Shown here: piece after piece, positions 55,390 to 56,803 of the stretch
How positions within the stretch are numbered: position 1 is the stretch's first letter
Layout of the letters: each line of letters starts with the position of its first letter
Source: an uncultured Dehalococcoidia bacterium
GTDB taxonomy: Bacteria; Chloroflexota; Dehalococcoidia; DSTF01; RBG-16-68-14
NCBI GenBank assembly: GCA_964418365.1
Contig: CAYQLM010000002.1
Span: 40,555-97,357, forward strand
DNA length: 56,803 nt
Reading direction: 5' to 3'
Notes under the pieces: model-generated
Seen by the model: only the letters and a program-made list of their open reading frames with translations
What the model was told of the DNA's origin: nothing
The model's database searches: none
Position numbers and translations under genes: made by a program

Positions 55390-56442
55390 CTAGATGAATG
55401 TCTCGATCGCCGCGGCCGCCGGCAGTTGCAGCGAATCGATCACGCGGAGCACATCCTCGGCAGGCGTTTCGTCCGTCCCGATGACCTGCGCGTCGCCGGC
55501 GATCCGCCGCACCATCTTCGAGAGCGAGTGCCCCGGCCCGACCTCGACGAACACGCCCGCGCCTTGGTTCGCCATCGCGAGGACGCAGCGTGCCCACTGC
55601 ACGGCGGAGACGAGCTGGTCGGAGAGCTCCTGGCGTACTTCTTCGGCGCGCGTGAGTAGCTTTGCCGAGACGTTGGATACCACGGGCGTGCTCGGATCGC
55701 GAAACGGCGTTGCGGAGATGAAGCGCGAGAGCTCCCGTCCGGCGTCTCCCATGATCGGCGTGTGGCCGGGCACGCTGATGGGCAGGCGCAGCACGCGCCC
55801 CCCTCGTTCGCGCGCGAGCGCCATCGCCTTCTGCAGCGGGCCAACGTCGCCCGAGATGACTGTTCCGCCCGGGCCGTTGAAGACCGCCGCCAGCACATTC
55901 CCTTCCGGCGACGCGTCGCGGCACACGTGATCGATGTCGTCTTCGGCCATTCCCAGGATCGTCGCCATACCGCCCGGACGCGTCCTCACCCGTTCGGCCA
56001 TGATCCGCCCGCGCTCGAGCACGAGCCTCAGCCCGTCGCTGAAATCGATCGCCCCGGCCGCGACCGCCGCCGTGAACTGGCCCAGGCTGTGCCCCGCCAC
56101 GAACGACGGCCGGAGCTGGCGTCCCTTCTCGGCGAGCCGTTCCCGCAGGTCGGCGAGGTAGGCGATGCTGGTCGTCAGGATTGCAGGCTGCGTGTTGACC
56201 GTATCTTCCAGCTCCTCTTCCGTGCCCTCAAAGCAGAGGCCGGAGAGGCTGAAGCCGAGCTCGTTGTCAGCCTTGTCGAAAACGCGGCGCGCTGCCTGCG
56301 AAATCTCGGCGAGGCGCTTGCCCATACCGGAATGCTGCGATCCCTGGCCGGGGAACAGCAAGGCGAGGCCGCGCCCAGACGGGCGCCCGTCCGGGCGCTT
56401 CGGCTGGCCGTTCGTTTCCGTTCGCGAGTGCTTTGCGCGCAT
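55390..56442 (-). CDS. fabD: Malonyl-CoA:ACP transacylase
   Basis: LFPGQGSQHSGMG and GHSLGQFTA. The N-terminal extension suggests the true start may be internal. Confidence 0.9.
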   Translation of the reverse strand: MRAKHSRTETNGQPKRPDGRPSGRGLALLFPGQGSQHSGMGKRLAEISQAARRVFDKADNELGFSLSGLCFEGTEEELEDTVNTQPAILTTSIAYLADLRERLAEKGRQLRPSFVAGHSLGQFTAAVAAGAIDFSDGLRLVLERGRIMAERVRTRPGGMATILGMAEDDIDHVCRDASPEGNVLAAVFNGPGGTVISGDVGPLQKAMALARERGGRVLRLPISVPGHTPIMGDAGRELSRFISATPFRDPSTPVVSNVSAKLLTRAEEVRQELSDQLVSAVQWARCVLAMANQGAGVFVEVGPGHSLSKMVRRIAGDAQVIGTDETPAEDVLRVIDSLQLPAAAAIETFI

Positions 56443-56635
56443 GGCGGGGCGCTCCTGTCCGCTGGCTGCGGCTCCTAGCTCTGGCTCAAATCATATCACG
56501 AAGGGTTCAGAGCGTCATTCGGGAGGTGGTGCGCAGATTCGGGGAGTGCAGAGGGCAGAGCCCTCTGCCGGGGGTCTGGGGGTGTCCCCCAGATTCAACT
56601 AGCTTTCTGGGCGGGTGGGTGGGCAAGAAGGACCT

Positions 56636-56803
56636 CTATTCGGGCGCTATCTCTTCCCACTCGTAGTCGTCGACGAAGACCGCCTCGGCGCCCTTGAGCT
56701 GGGGCACCTTCTCCGCCAGTATCCGCTCGATCCCCAGGCGCATTGTCAGCATGCTCATCGGACAGCCGTTGCAGGAGCCCACCATCTGCAGCCGCGCGAC
56801 GCC
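56636..56803 (-). CDS. C-terminal part of a NifU-like Fe-S scaffold domain protein (5' end outside window)
   Basis: Minus strand reads GVARLQMVGSCNGCPMSMLTMRLGIERILAEKVPQLKGAEAVFVDDYEWEEIAPE-stop (CxxC NifU C-terminal motif). Not in the ORF track because it has no start in the window. Confidence 0.6.
   Translation of the reverse strand, partial: GVARLQMVGSCNGCPMSMLTMRLGIERILAEKVPQLKGAEAVFVDDYEWEEIAPE

Overview
High-GC bacterial chromosome segment, possibly from a Chloroflexota- or Actinomycetota-like lineage (this is a guess and needs a database search). Recognisable housekeeping genes are hpf, a pfkB-family kinase, glyA, pyrG, a transaldolase/Fsa-type aldolase, rho, CIRCE-hrcA-grpE-(dnaK), recJ, fabD-fabF and fabH. 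They are interleaved with accessory blocks rich in secreted and surface proteins. I saw no rRNA, tRNA, CRISPR array, transposase or integrase.

Main observations:
1. At 17.3-22.6 kb, three neighbouring secreted proteins end in the same tripartite C-terminal signal (PT linker, P-x-V-G-G-[IV]-S-[IL]-D, TM helix, W-x-x-RRR). One is translationally coupled to a membrane-anchored Cys/His protein that could be the processing enzyme.
2. A tandem duplication of an adenylate-cyclase/P-loop NTPase/TPR gene. Copy 1 is inactivated by a 5-nt deletion and by a ~5.2 kb insertion. The insertion carries a 900-aa cohesin/dockerin-like secreted protein and is bracketed by copies of a ~165-nt repeat with Zn-ribbon micro-ORFs, including a Mu Com-like one.
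3. A dockerin/TSP3-like C-terminal module shared by at least four secreted proteins.
4. A conserved -10/leader signature (TAnAnT-AG-N7-8-GGTGG) upstream of these secreted-protein genes.
5. A G10 tract in one promoter spacer.
6. A KAS II-like protein lacking all three catalytic residues, in a fabH-HIT-KAS-MBL operon.
7. Disrupted dnaK and RCC1 genes.
8. Several REP-like hairpin families.
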